The notes under the pieces are model-generated. The model was not told the DNA's origin. It ran no database searches and saw only the letters and a program-made list of their open reading frames with translations. From a virus, in the IMG/VR virus record IMGVR_UViG_3300025117_000042, positions 39,541-103,540 of that record: 64,000 nucleotides of DNA. The stretch is one strand, 5' to 3'. The translations under genes were made by a program, and so were the position numbers. Shown piece by piece: positions 1 through 8,417 of the stretch (the stretch's first letter is position 1; the number at the start of each line of letters is the position of its first letter).

Positions 1-2
1 AT

Positions 3-980
3 ATAGACACTAGAAACTTAACAGCTTTTATTAGGAACAATGCAGCAGGTAATGCTGACTTGTACGATCATTTTAAACTACAAGCTCCTACTACAGGTGG
101 TCGTAACCCTGTGCCTTTGGCTACTTCTCCAGATACCAACGATGCAGGAGATGGTGGTTCTGTTGCCGGTGTCACAGTAGCTTTCGGAGCTGCACAGGCT
201 GATATTGACGGTGATGGTAGCAATGAGAATTACGATGTAACTATCGACGGTAACAGTAATACCTGTGCTGATGTGTACAAGTATCTTAAATATATTACAA
301 GAAGAGAAAATACTAGTGCAGTAGGTACAGGAACTACGACCGAAGGTAGATTTTACCTTGCTGCTGATGGTGCTTACGCTGAAGTTAAAGCTGCTCCTTT
401 CGGGACATTTGCTGGCGGAAAATTCTTTGGTGCCAGGGGTATTTTGGTAACAAATGTTAGTGATCCAAATAACAGAGTTCTAATAGATGCAAGTAACACC
501 ACTCGTACTCCTCCGGTGCAGATGACAGTAACTGTATCTGCTGTACAATCTGGCGACAGGGTTCTAGTAGCTCGTTCTTCGGCTGGAACTATAAATAAAT
601 CACAGTTTACAATAGCTTCGCGTACAACTACTACTGTCACAGTAAATGAGGTAGTGGGATCTGATATTTCAACAACTGGAGTGCTACGTGTAGGTGATGA
701 TCGTTATACTTATTCTGGTTTGAACAGAGGCACCAAAACATTTTCTGGAATGACAGCTGTTTCTGAGTATGCCGGAGGTACTGCCTGTTATGTACCTCTA
801 ATAGATGACGTAGCTTCAGGAACTTCGATATCTAGTTCAGCTATAACGTATGTTTCTGACTTTGATGTAATAGCTAGGGTCAGAAAAAAATCAATACTTC
901 CATTCGAGAACACTGGAACAGTAACTTCCGCAGGTTTGACTGTTGCTGCTATTAGAACAGCTGATACTATCGTACAGTAA
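3..980 (+). CDS. Virion accessory/structural protein, 5'-truncated (frame open from position 3)
   Basis: The frame is open upstream of the track's TTG start. The protein is Thr/Ser/Gly/Val-rich and beta-strand-like, and lies upstream of the neck genes. Confidence 0.6.
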   Translation: MDTRNLTAFIRNNAAGNADLYDHFKLQAPTTGGRNPVPLATSPDTNDAGDGGSVAGVTVAFGAAQADIDGDGSNENYDVTIDGNSNTCADVYKYLKYITRRENTSAVGTGTTTEGRFYLAADGAYAEVKAAPFGTFAGGKFFGARGILVTNVSDPNNRVLIDASNTTRTPPVQMTVTVSAVQSGDRVLVARSSAGTINKSQFTIASRTTTTVTVNEVVGSDISTTGVLRVGDDRYTYSGLNRGTKTFSGMTAVSEYAGGTACYVPLIDDVASGTSISSSAITYVSDFDVIARVRKKSILPFENTGTVTSAGLTVAAIRTADTIVQ

Positions 981-991
981 GGGGTTATGTA

Positions 992-1582
992 ATGGCTTTT
1001 GTGTACGATTTCGTACAAAAGTACATATACGTACCTGTTGATTCTGTTGATGTTGATGTTCAGACACTCTTGAATGATATCAGAACAACAGAGTCCTCAG
1101 AGGTAGGTATATTATACCCTCCGATAGCTTCTGCCTCCGGTAAAGAAAATTTAGGTGGGGGGGTTGCTATCGGAATTACCTTAAACCTATTAGGCTGGCA
1201 ACTTAAGTTCCCTGATGCTCCTATAGGCGGATATACCGCTAAAATTTACGGGGGCAATCTAGTAGGTGGGGTAGATGGTGACACTGTAGCTTATTCGGAT
1301 GGTGTACAGATTATGGTAATACAATCTGCTGCATCTACCATAGTTACACAGAATACAGGATCAGGTTTGTCAGAAGAGCAAGATCAGCTGTTACGTAGTG
1401 CTGTAACTCAATCTACAGCAGCTTCTATACAAGCTACTCTCAGCAGAAAGATGCAGACTAATAAAGCTGTTATCTCAGGTGATGGTTTATCTGTTATCAT
1501 ATATGAAGATGATGGTGTTACTCCTTTATGGCTATTCGATGTGAGTTCTAATAAACTTACTAGGATAGGTAGACAACCATAA
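992..1582 (+). CDS. Putative virion accessory protein
   Basis: 196-aa ORF with SD (AAGGGG) in the structural cluster. Confidence 0.5.
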   Translation: MAFVYDFVQKYIYVPVDSVDVDVQTLLNDIRTTESSEVGILYPPIASASGKENLGGGVAIGITLNLLGWQLKFPDAPIGGYTAKIYGGNLVGGVDGDTVAYSDGVQIMVIQSAASTIVTQNTGSGLSEEQDQLLRSAVTQSTAASIQATLSRKMQTNKAVISGDGLSVIIYEDDGVTPLWLFDVSSNKLTRIGRQP

Positions 1583-1583
1583 C

Positions 1584-1766
1584 ATGCATAAAAAAGAATT
1601 GGATAAAAACAGGAAAGTATACAGTTCAGATTCCTCAGCAGAATCATTTGATTATAGGTTGTATGGAGAGGGTTCTGAAAGGCAGACTGTTACTATTTTG
1701 GATATGATAGTTAGAAATCTCACCCTGAAAATTATATCTAATATGCTACTTGGAAAGAAGAAATGA
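1584..1766 (+). CDS. Hypothetical protein
   Basis: Tightly packed ORF coupled to the next gene by an ATGA overlap. Confidence 0.4.
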   Translation: MHKKELDKNRKVYSSDSSAESFDYRLYGEGSERQTVTILDMIVRNLTLKIISNMLLGKKK

Positions 1767-1960
1767 GTATTTACCCTGATTGGCTTTATCAAATAACAAA
1801 CAACGAGTTTTCAAACACACCTACTGTGGTTGATTTTAATCTAGTTCCTATAACTAGATCTTTTAATATAGATATACAGGAACGTAGTTTTGATTACAGT
1901 ATATCTCAGTATACTTTTGATTATATTATATTAGACAGAGAGTTTGAGGTGAATGTATGA
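1763..1960 (+). CDS. Hypothetical protein
   Basis: ATGA overlaps at both ends. Confidence 0.45.
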   Translation: MSIYPDWLYQITNNEFSNTPTVVDFNLVPITRSFNIDIQERSFDYSISQYTFDYIILDREFEVNV

Positions 1961-2280
1961 TTAAGCTAAAGCAAGGAAGCAGTTTAGGCATGGACATAAC
2001 ATCTCCTCAAGCTCCAGATCTTACAGGGGATTGGGCCGGTAAATGGGCTATAGTTAAAGTACTAGGGGTGCATACTGTAGATAATACAGTAGCTTCCGGT
2101 AATTTAACCAAATCAAATGATAATACAAAATTTGAACTTCGCGTACCTCCAACAGCTACAGAAGATGTGCCAGTTGGAAAGTACTTTCTAATAGTTCAAT
2201 GTGAAAGTGCTTCCTTGTCATTCAAAGATGAACCTATACAAGAAGTTCTGGATTTACTGCCGCAAGGGATAAAGGGGTAA
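1957..2280 (+). CDS. Small Ig-like/BppU-like virion protein (putative)
   Basis: GAGGTG SD. The 'IKLKQGSS...T..VPVGKY.L.VQ' pattern is typical of BppU-N-like domains. Confidence 0.4.
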   Translation: MIKLKQGSSLGMDITSPQAPDLTGDWAGKWAIVKVLGVHTVDNTVASGNLTKSNDNTKFELRVPPTATEDVPVGKYFLIVQCESASLSFKDEPIQEVLDLLPQGIKG

Positions 2281-2284
2281 TAGT

Positions 2285-3493
2285 ATGAATTTAGTACAGC
2301 TTGTATCCTTTGATACTCTACCTTATGCAAAGTTCACTCTGACAAGAGATATAGCTGCCGGGGCTACTGACATTTATTTGACTGCTACTGAGGGTTTATC
2401 TAAAGGGAGTTTTCTAATAGTAGGTTCTATCAATAGTCCTACAGCTCAGTTAGTAGAGATAGATTCAATAACAAACTCTACAACTGTTAAACTTGTTGCT
2501 GCCTTGAGATATGCACATCTAATAGATGATCCAGTTACTTTAACTCTTTTCGATCAGTTTAACATCTATTTCGGTACTACCGCTGACTTTAATAGCCATA
2601 CCCTTCTGGACACTATTGATATTATGGTATCCAGAAATATCACGACTTACGTGGATGAGGACACTTCCCATACACCTTCTACCTTTTACAGCTATTCGTA
2701 CTATAATTCAGATACCGGGATTGAGAGCAACCGTATTCCGGTCATCTCCTCTGGCCTGGATATTGACATTACTCCTCAATACCTCCGTGAGAACTATCTG
2801 TATGGGTTGGATCTTACGGAAGATAACGGAAACCCTCTCCCTGAAGGCGTGTATTGGGAAGGCATTAAAGCTGGTATAGATTGGCTTGAGCAAGTTTTGA
2901 ACATTGATATTATATCTCGTACTCATACTGATGAGATGAGTGACTTTAATAGACAAGAGTACTTGCAATGGGTATTCCTTAAAGCCAAACACTTCCCGAT
3001 CAGAGAAGTTCTGTCAGTAAAAGGCTCTTATTACGGTAATGAAATTACTTTCCCGCTAGATTGGGTAAGGCTAAAAGAACGAGCTGGTATTATAAATCTT
3101 GTTCCTGGGGCTTCTACGTTCTCTAGCTTCCTTATTCCGGCAAGCGGGGGCATTCTTCCCATATTAAACAATCAAGTATCGTACATACCAGGATTCTGGA
3201 GAATTTCTTACACATCAGGATTTGCCAGAGGGACAATTCCTTACAACCTCAAGGCTTTGATCTGTAAAAAAGCTGCATTCATGCCTCTGAACATCCTGGG
3301 CGACTTGGTTGGTGGTGTTGCTATTGCCAGTAAGAGCATTGGTATAGACGGCTTGAGTCAGTCTATTAACACTACAAACAGTGCTGAGAACGCTGGTTAT
3401 AGTGCAAGGCTTAGAATGTACCTGAAAGAGATAGATCAGGAGCTTCCACAGGTTCAGAAATTCTGGCGACCTATTAATTTTGTATGTGTTTGA
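2285..3493 (+). CDS. Head-tail adaptor (neck) protein with N-terminal extension
   Basis: The C-terminal ~245 aa match SPO1/K-like adaptors (YLYGLDL, ISYTSGF, SIGIDGLSQSI, GYSARL). Position precedes the sheath. Confidence 0.7.
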   Translation: MNLVQLVSFDTLPYAKFTLTRDIAAGATDIYLTATEGLSKGSFLIVGSINSPTAQLVEIDSITNSTTVKLVAALRYAHLIDDPVTLTLFDQFNIYFGTTADFNSHTLLDTIDIMVSRNITTYVDEDTSHTPSTFYSYSYYNSDTGIESNRIPVISSGLDIDITPQYLRENYLYGLDLTEDNGNPLPEGVYWEGIKAGIDWLEQVLNIDIISRTHTDEMSDFNRQEYLQWVFLKAKHFPIREVLSVKGSYYGNEITFPLDWVRLKERAGIINLVPGASTFSSFLIPASGGILPILNNQVSYIPGFWRISYTSGFARGTIPYNLKALICKKAAFMPLNILGDLVGGVAIASKSIGIDGLSQSINTTNSAENAGYSARLRMYLKEIDQELPQVQKFWRPINFVCV

Positions 3494-3501
3494 GGTGACA
3501 A

Positions 3502-4164
3502 ATGGGTAAGGCAAGCCAACGAGTTGATTTCGTTGTTGAAGAGTTTGATAAAACAATAAAAGAAAAAGGCTATCATCTATTACATGAAAAAGCTTATCGG
3601 TGTCCTTGTGTCAATGACTCCGGTGAGCTTCAGATAACCTGTCCTCACTGTCATGGCAAAGGTATACGCTACGTGGGAGATGCCGCACGTATAGAGGGTA
3701 TCCTTACCAGCATGAGCAAGGATTGGATGTTCGATGAGTACGGAGTATCATCTACAGGGACTGTCTATGTAACGACACATGCAAAGTATAAGCTTGGTTT
3801 TGCTGACAGACTTACTCTATTAGACGGTAAAATAGTGTTTTCTGAAGTAATCGAAAATCTCAATACAATTCCGGTACTTAAGTATCCTATAATTGACGTT
3901 GACTCTATTGTGAGTTTTAATAAAGTTTATGTGGAAAATACTGATTACTCTTTGGCTAATGGAGTTATCACTTGGCTTAAGCCTGTACATGAGGCTTACA
4001 GCATTCGTTATATTACATATCCTACTTTTATTATTCTTAATTTCCCGAACGTTGTCAGAGGTACACAGGCTAAAGTAAAACAGCCGGTCATTCGGTATGT
4101 AGATCTGCCAGTACGAGCCTTAGCTAAGCTGGAGTTCAAAGTAAAGGTAGCTGAGTTACAATAA
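3502..4164 (+). CDS. Head closure/neck protein
   Basis: CPC...CPHCHGKG motif typical of Herelleviridae-like neck proteins; synteny. Confidence 0.65.
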   Translation: MGKASQRVDFVVEEFDKTIKEKGYHLLHEKAYRCPCVNDSGELQITCPHCHGKGIRYVGDAARIEGILTSMSKDWMFDEYGVSSTGTVYVTTHAKYKLGFADRLTLLDGKIVFSEVIENLNTIPVLKYPIIDVDSIVSFNKVYVENTDYSLANGVITWLKPVHEAYSIRYITYPTFIILNFPNVVRGTQAKVKQPVIRYVDLPVRALAKLEFKVKVAELQ

Positions 4165-4607
4165 TGGAATTTTCAATAGAAGTAACAGATGCTAAGGCAG
4201 TATCACTGAAGAAGCTCCAACAAGCTGCCGAGGAAGTGCGTAAGAAAATGATGCAGCTTGCATACCAGAACCTGTCGCCTGAGACTGCTGCGATCTACAC
4301 GATGGCATTGACTCCGGTTAGGCTTATAGGCACTGAAGCTGTCTTTGAGCTAGAAGGCTGGCTGGCAAAGTCATTGGAAGAAGGAGTTGATCCGTTCGAC
4401 ATGAAACCAGGAATGCTTAGAAGCCATAAAGCTCAAGTATCCAAAACAGGATCTACATTTCTGCGTGTTCCGATCAGAGACAAAGAGGAAGGAAAACTTT
4501 CTATTAGAACAGTCAGTTCCAGGTCTAAGCCGGGAAGCTGGATACATCCAGGGTTGACCGGTAGACACTTTTGGGAACAAGCTAAAATTGAATGGAGTAA
4601 AAAGTAA
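4164..4607 (+). CDS. Neck/tail-completion protein
   Basis: LEEG..PFDMK, RTVS..S..SWIHPG motifs; synteny. Confidence 0.6.
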   Translation: MEFSIEVTDAKAVSLKKLQQAAEEVRKKMMQLAYQNLSPETAAIYTMALTPVRLIGTEAVFELEGWLAKSLEEGVDPFDMKPGMLRSHKAQVSKTGSTFLRVPIRDKEEGKLSIRTVSSRSKPGSWIHPGLTGRHFWEQAKIEWSKK

Positions 4608-5225
4608 ATGGGCATTATATTAGTAAACCGATTCGTTCAGTCATTACTGAGCACGTGCATGGAAAACTTGATAAACGATACAGCTTCCATAATTCCTGAG
4701 ATATATTCTCCTGACATGTACAAACCAACAGAAGTAAGTCAGCTTGTAGAGTATTACGGAGGTAACAGGGTAAAAGTGAAAGGAGGCTATCCTTCTGAGG
4801 AAGTATCATCACCTTCTGTCTATGTTGCAACCGGCAATGCAAATCTAATAGAAGAGATGATAGGGTTTGCTGAACGATATGATATAGTTGCTAGTGAGAC
4901 TGTCGGCACTATGGAAGGCAAAGTCTATAATAAATCATGTCGTGTAGTAGTGGCATCTGAGAACCATACTGTCAGTGATACTCTGTCCGGTATATGTGAA
5001 TATTTCCTTCACCAAAACGAGGAAACATTCACTAGGTATGGAATGACCAATCTACACTGTTCCTTTCAGGAAGTTGATCTATTATCAAGGCTATTTCCTC
5101 AAGGGTTCTTCTATAGAACATTTATCGTTACTTTTGACGTTGTAGATACTATGATAGTAAGTAAAGATCGTTTGATAAAAACAATAGATATAGGTACTAT
5201 CACGTTCAATTTAGAAGGAGAATAG
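4608..5225 (+). CDS. Tail terminator/completion protein (putative)
   Basis: Size and position just upstream of the sheath. Confidence 0.5.
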   Translation: MGIILVNRFVQSLLSTCMENLINDTASIIPEIYSPDMYKPTEVSQLVEYYGGNRVKVKGGYPSEEVSSPSVYVATGNANLIEEMIGFAERYDIVASETVGTMEGKVYNKSCRVVVASENHTVSDTLSGICEYFLHQNEETFTRYGMTNLHCSFQEVDLLSRLFPQGFFYRTFIVTFDVVDTMIVSKDRLIKTIDIGTITFNLEGE

Positions 5226-5226
5226 A

Positions 5227-5463
5227 ATGAAGGAAAAAGAAGAAAGGAAAGAACTGCCTGTGTACGCCGAACCTGTTGTGGAAGAGCCTGTGAAGGTTGT
5301 CGGTGAGGTTATTCACGTATCTCACTCTGACTTCGTATCCACACTCAAAGACACTGATTATCTTATAGGTATGGCTATGAGACAGGAGTTCCAACGTAAA
5401 CGGTTATCAATGGAAGAGTGGCACATAGAACTACGCAAATTTGGGAAAAGGGAGGTAAAATAA
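5227..5463 (+). CDS. Small hypothetical protein preceding sheath
   Basis: AGGAG SD; synteny. Confidence 0.5.
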   Translation: MKEKEERKELPVYAEPVVEEPVKVVGEVIHVSHSDFVSTLKDTDYLIGMAMRQEFQRKRLSMEEWHIELRKFGKREVK

Positions 5464-5466
5464 CAA

Positions 5467-7233
5467 ATGAGTGTTTACAAGGGGATTTACTTTCGAGGTC
5501 GGGGCATCATCATTCCCGGTGCCTATGCTGATGTAGACGCAACAAGCATGGTGCCGAACAGATTGTCTCCTGCCAATGTCCTTGCAATGCTGGGGCAAGC
5601 TAAAGGTGGGGTTCCGAATCAAGCTGTGCGGGTTCTTAACCTGCGGGATGCTGTAAACATGCTGCGGAGTGGCGATCTTAAGACTGCGGCAGAACTTGCC
5701 TACGATCCAAGTGCTGACATGCCTGGAGCTGGGGAAGTTATCTTTATCAGGGTAGCTGGTACAGGTTGTGCTAGATCAACTTCTGACCTTTCGAGTCAGG
5801 TTACTCTTACAGCCGTTGACTATGGGGAACATACAAACTTTCTCCGTAGGAAAATTGAAGCTGGTTCTGTAGCTGGCCGGAAAATCACTATCAACCATCA
5901 GGCAGATGATATTACAGAAGTATATGATAACATCGGGCCTGTCTTTCAAATCCAGTACGTAGGGTCTGCTTCGGCTGCTCGTATGAGTTTCGATGCTAGT
6001 ACAAAGATTCTGCTTATCGAAATAAATACTGGTTCGTGGGTTCCGCTGGTTACTTATACTGTAACCAACATTGCTGTTGATACAATCTCTGAACTTGTGA
6101 CTATCCTTGACTCTCATCAGGATCTTACTTGTAATATACACAAGTATGGTTCTGGCAACATGAGTTCTTCTTTGCTGGATGCAATGACTCAGGTTGATAT
6201 TAAAACCGCTCTTACCACTGTATCTTCTGAAGTTGGTTCTCTTATCACTTGGGTTAACAATCGTTCTGCGCTGTGTACTGCGGCTGCTGGTGTGTCTGCC
6301 ACTGGTAACTTTACTAATAGCAACTGGACAAATTTCGTAAACGGTTCTGAAGGTTCCGCTCCTGATGTAGCTGCATGGTCGGCAGCTCTGGCTCTTCTTG
6401 AGTCTGAGACTGATGTTAAATACATCTATTGTGCTACTGACAATGAATCCATCCATACCGCAGCTATCGCACATTGCACCACTCAGTCAGATCCTAAAGT
6501 AGGCCGGGAACGTAGGCTTATCTTCGGTGGTGCTGCTTCTGAAACTGTCGATCAGGCTACTACAAGGGCTATCAATCAAGGTTCTCCAAGAGCCATGCTT
6601 GTATATCCTGGTATCAAGCGGGTTAACGCTCAGACTAACCTGTTGACCGTTATTCCTCCGTATCTCACAGCCGCAGCTGTCGCTGGAATGGCTGCTGGTG
6701 CTACGCCGGAAACTCCGCTTACCTACAAAACCATCAAAGCTCATGGGATGGAAAAATACCTGAAGGATGCTGAAGTTGAACAGCTCCTACAACAGGGTGT
6801 TACTCCTATTCGGTACGTAAAAGAAGATGCTATCTATCAGATCGTTCAGTCTATTACAACTTGGCAGAAAGATGCCAATGTAATCTATCGCAAATGGTCT
6901 GGTATGGGCATTCACGATTACCTCCGTCAGGAAGCTCGTAATACGGCTAAACCATTCATCGGAAGAGTAGGCGATATGTATGCTATGTTGTCTATTAAAA
7001 ACGCCGTAGCAGCAAAACTTGACCTTCTTACCCGTACTCCTCAGAATCCTAACGGTGTCCTTACGAAAGTATGGGACTATGCAAAAGAGCAGGTACTACC
7101 TGCTTGGGATAACCTGTTGGTTGAATGGGATGGTTATGACCATGTAAACGTTTCCTTCAGGGCACATCCTGTCGGGGAAATTGCTTACATCACGATCATG
7201 TGTACTCTTGAACCTGCAAAGATGACAGTATAA
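5467..7233 (+). CDS. Tail sheath protein
   Basis: 588 aa. N-terminal PGAY.DVD; C-terminal AAAVAG...PLTYK...LL..GV...ITT sheath motifs. Strong SD GGAGGT. Confidence 0.92.
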   Translation: MSVYKGIYFRGRGIIIPGAYADVDATSMVPNRLSPANVLAMLGQAKGGVPNQAVRVLNLRDAVNMLRSGDLKTAAELAYDPSADMPGAGEVIFIRVAGTGCARSTSDLSSQVTLTAVDYGEHTNFLRRKIEAGSVAGRKITINHQADDITEVYDNIGPVFQIQYVGSASAARMSFDASTKILLIEINTGSWVPLVTYTVTNIAVDTISELVTILDSHQDLTCNIHKYGSGNMSSSLLDAMTQVDIKTALTTVSSEVGSLITWVNNRSALCTAAAGVSATGNFTNSNWTNFVNGSEGSAPDVAAWSAALALLESETDVKYIYCATDNESIHTAAIAHCTTQSDPKVGRERRLIFGGAASETVDQATTRAINQGSPRAMLVYPGIKRVNAQTNLLTVIPPYLTAAAVAGMAAGATPETPLTYKTIKAHGMEKYLKDAEVEQLLQQGVTPIRYVKEDAIYQIVQSITTWQKDANVIYRKWSGMGIHDYLRQEARNTAKPFIGRVGDMYAMLSIKNAVAAKLDLLTRTPQNPNGVLTKVWDYAKEQVLPAWDNLLVEWDGYDHVNVSFRAHPVGEIAYITIMCTLEPAKMTV

Positions 7234-7267
7234 CCAAATACAGTAGTTAAAGGGGAGGTGTTACAAA

Positions 7268-7711
7268 GTGCCTAACACGTTTATTACAACTGGTCATAAC
7301 ATCCTTTTGAAGGTCAAAGGAGAAGAGGTAGGTGCCGCAAGGAGCATCGTCGGGAATCAGGACTTCGGTGTTGAAGGTGCCTATGTAATCGGTTCCATCC
7401 TTCCTGTAGAGAACACTCCGCAGAAATGGACAGGCAACCTGGAAATCGACAAGTTCTTTATCAAACGGGATATCCATCTTCTGGCTAACGTTGATACAAG
7501 CTCTGAAGGGGTACTGGAAATCAGTCCTGTTGATATCGAAATTATCGAAAAAGAAACAGGCAGCACTGTTATGATCTATCAGGGATGTACTCTTACATCC
7601 ACGACCATCACAATCACTGCCAATGCCTATGTAGGAGAAAGAGCAGTATTTGTACCGTTGCGGGTCATTCGTGCCGCTTTGGGCAAATCCATCCTTCCTC
7701 CAGGGGTTTAA
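7268..7711 (+). CDS. Tail tube protein
   Basis: 147 aa directly after the sheath; GTG start with GGAGGT SD; IGS..P.E motif. Confidence 0.85.
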   Translation: MPNTFITTGHNILLKVKGEEVGAARSIVGNQDFGVEGAYVIGSILPVENTPQKWTGNLEIDKFFIKRDIHLLANVDTSSEGVLEISPVDIEIIEKETGSTVMIYQGCTLTSTTITITANAYVGERAVFVPLRVIRAALGKSILPPGV

Positions 7712-7742
7712 CAATAAAACCGCATATTTAGGTATCTTTCTA

Positions 7743-7772
7743 GGGGAGGAGTCAATCAGGCTCCTCCTCTTT
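7743..7772 (+). terminator. Intrinsic terminator after tail tube
   Basis: GGGGAGGAGTC-AATCA-GGCTCCTCCTC followed by TTT. Confidence 0.65.
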
Positions 7773-7801
7773 ATCTATTAACTAAAAAGGAGCAATACAC
7801 A

Positions 7802-8248
7802 ATGGAAGACGCGAAAAAAGCACTCAATCAGATCAACGCTGGTGACTCTCTCACTATCGACGTTCCTTACGAACTTACAATTAAAAACAAATCATACAAA
7901 GGAACAGTAGGATTCAGGTTCCCAAGTGTAAGGGATCAGATCGCTATCGGCCTGGAAGAAGCAAAGCTGCGTGGTAATGTAATAGAACTTAACGGTAAGC
8001 CTGAACTATTGGCAATACCAGCAGAAGCTCTTGATTCATATACCGCTCATCTGGTAGAGGCTATAGCTACTATTAGAGTACTTGCTGTTGACAAGAAGGA
8101 GAACTATGAAGTAATGCCGCCTGAAGTGATATCTGAGATTTATCGGGGGTATCTTCGGGCAGAAGGTGACGATGGAACACTACCTGATGACGGCGATACC
8201 GAAAACACTGGAGCTGACACAGGCGAAACTTCAGAGCAGAGTGTCTGA
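7802..8248 (+). CDS. Tail assembly chaperone (G-like)
   Basis: Lies between tube and tape measure; FRFPSVRDQIAIG motif. Confidence 0.75.
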   Translation: MEDAKKALNQINAGDSLTIDVPYELTIKNKSYKGTVGFRFPSVRDQIAIGLEEAKLRGNVIELNGKPELLAIPAEALDSYTAHLVEAIATIRVLAVDKKENYEVMPPEVISEIYRGYLRAEGDDGTLPDDGDTENTGADTGETSEQSV

Positions 8249-8414
8249 TATATACAGAGTAAGTCCATTCTCTGAAGACATACTACGCATGACTACAGTG
8301 CAGATGCTATGGATCATAAAGAGTGATCTAATAAATAAAGGCATTGACGATAACAATGAGAGCTTTATAGATGAGGATTACGAAGAGAAGAAAAAACAAG
8401 CTCTAGGGGAATAG
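8148..8414 (+). CDS. Tail chaperone extension (T-like), overlapping in the +1/-2 frame
   Basis: Frame open 8130-8414, overlapping the chaperone; GG-GGG slippery run at 8145-8149. Confidence 0.6.
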   Translation, partial: GIFGQKVTMEHYLMTAIPKTLELTQAKLQSRVSDIYRVSPFSEDILRMTTVQMLWIIKSDLINKGIDDNNESFIDEDYEEKKKQALGE

Positions 8415-8417
8415 TAA

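Noticed and set aside
5776-6474. 232-aa minus-strand ORF
   Set aside because: Antisense shadow of the tail sheath, with no SD or recognisable motifs.
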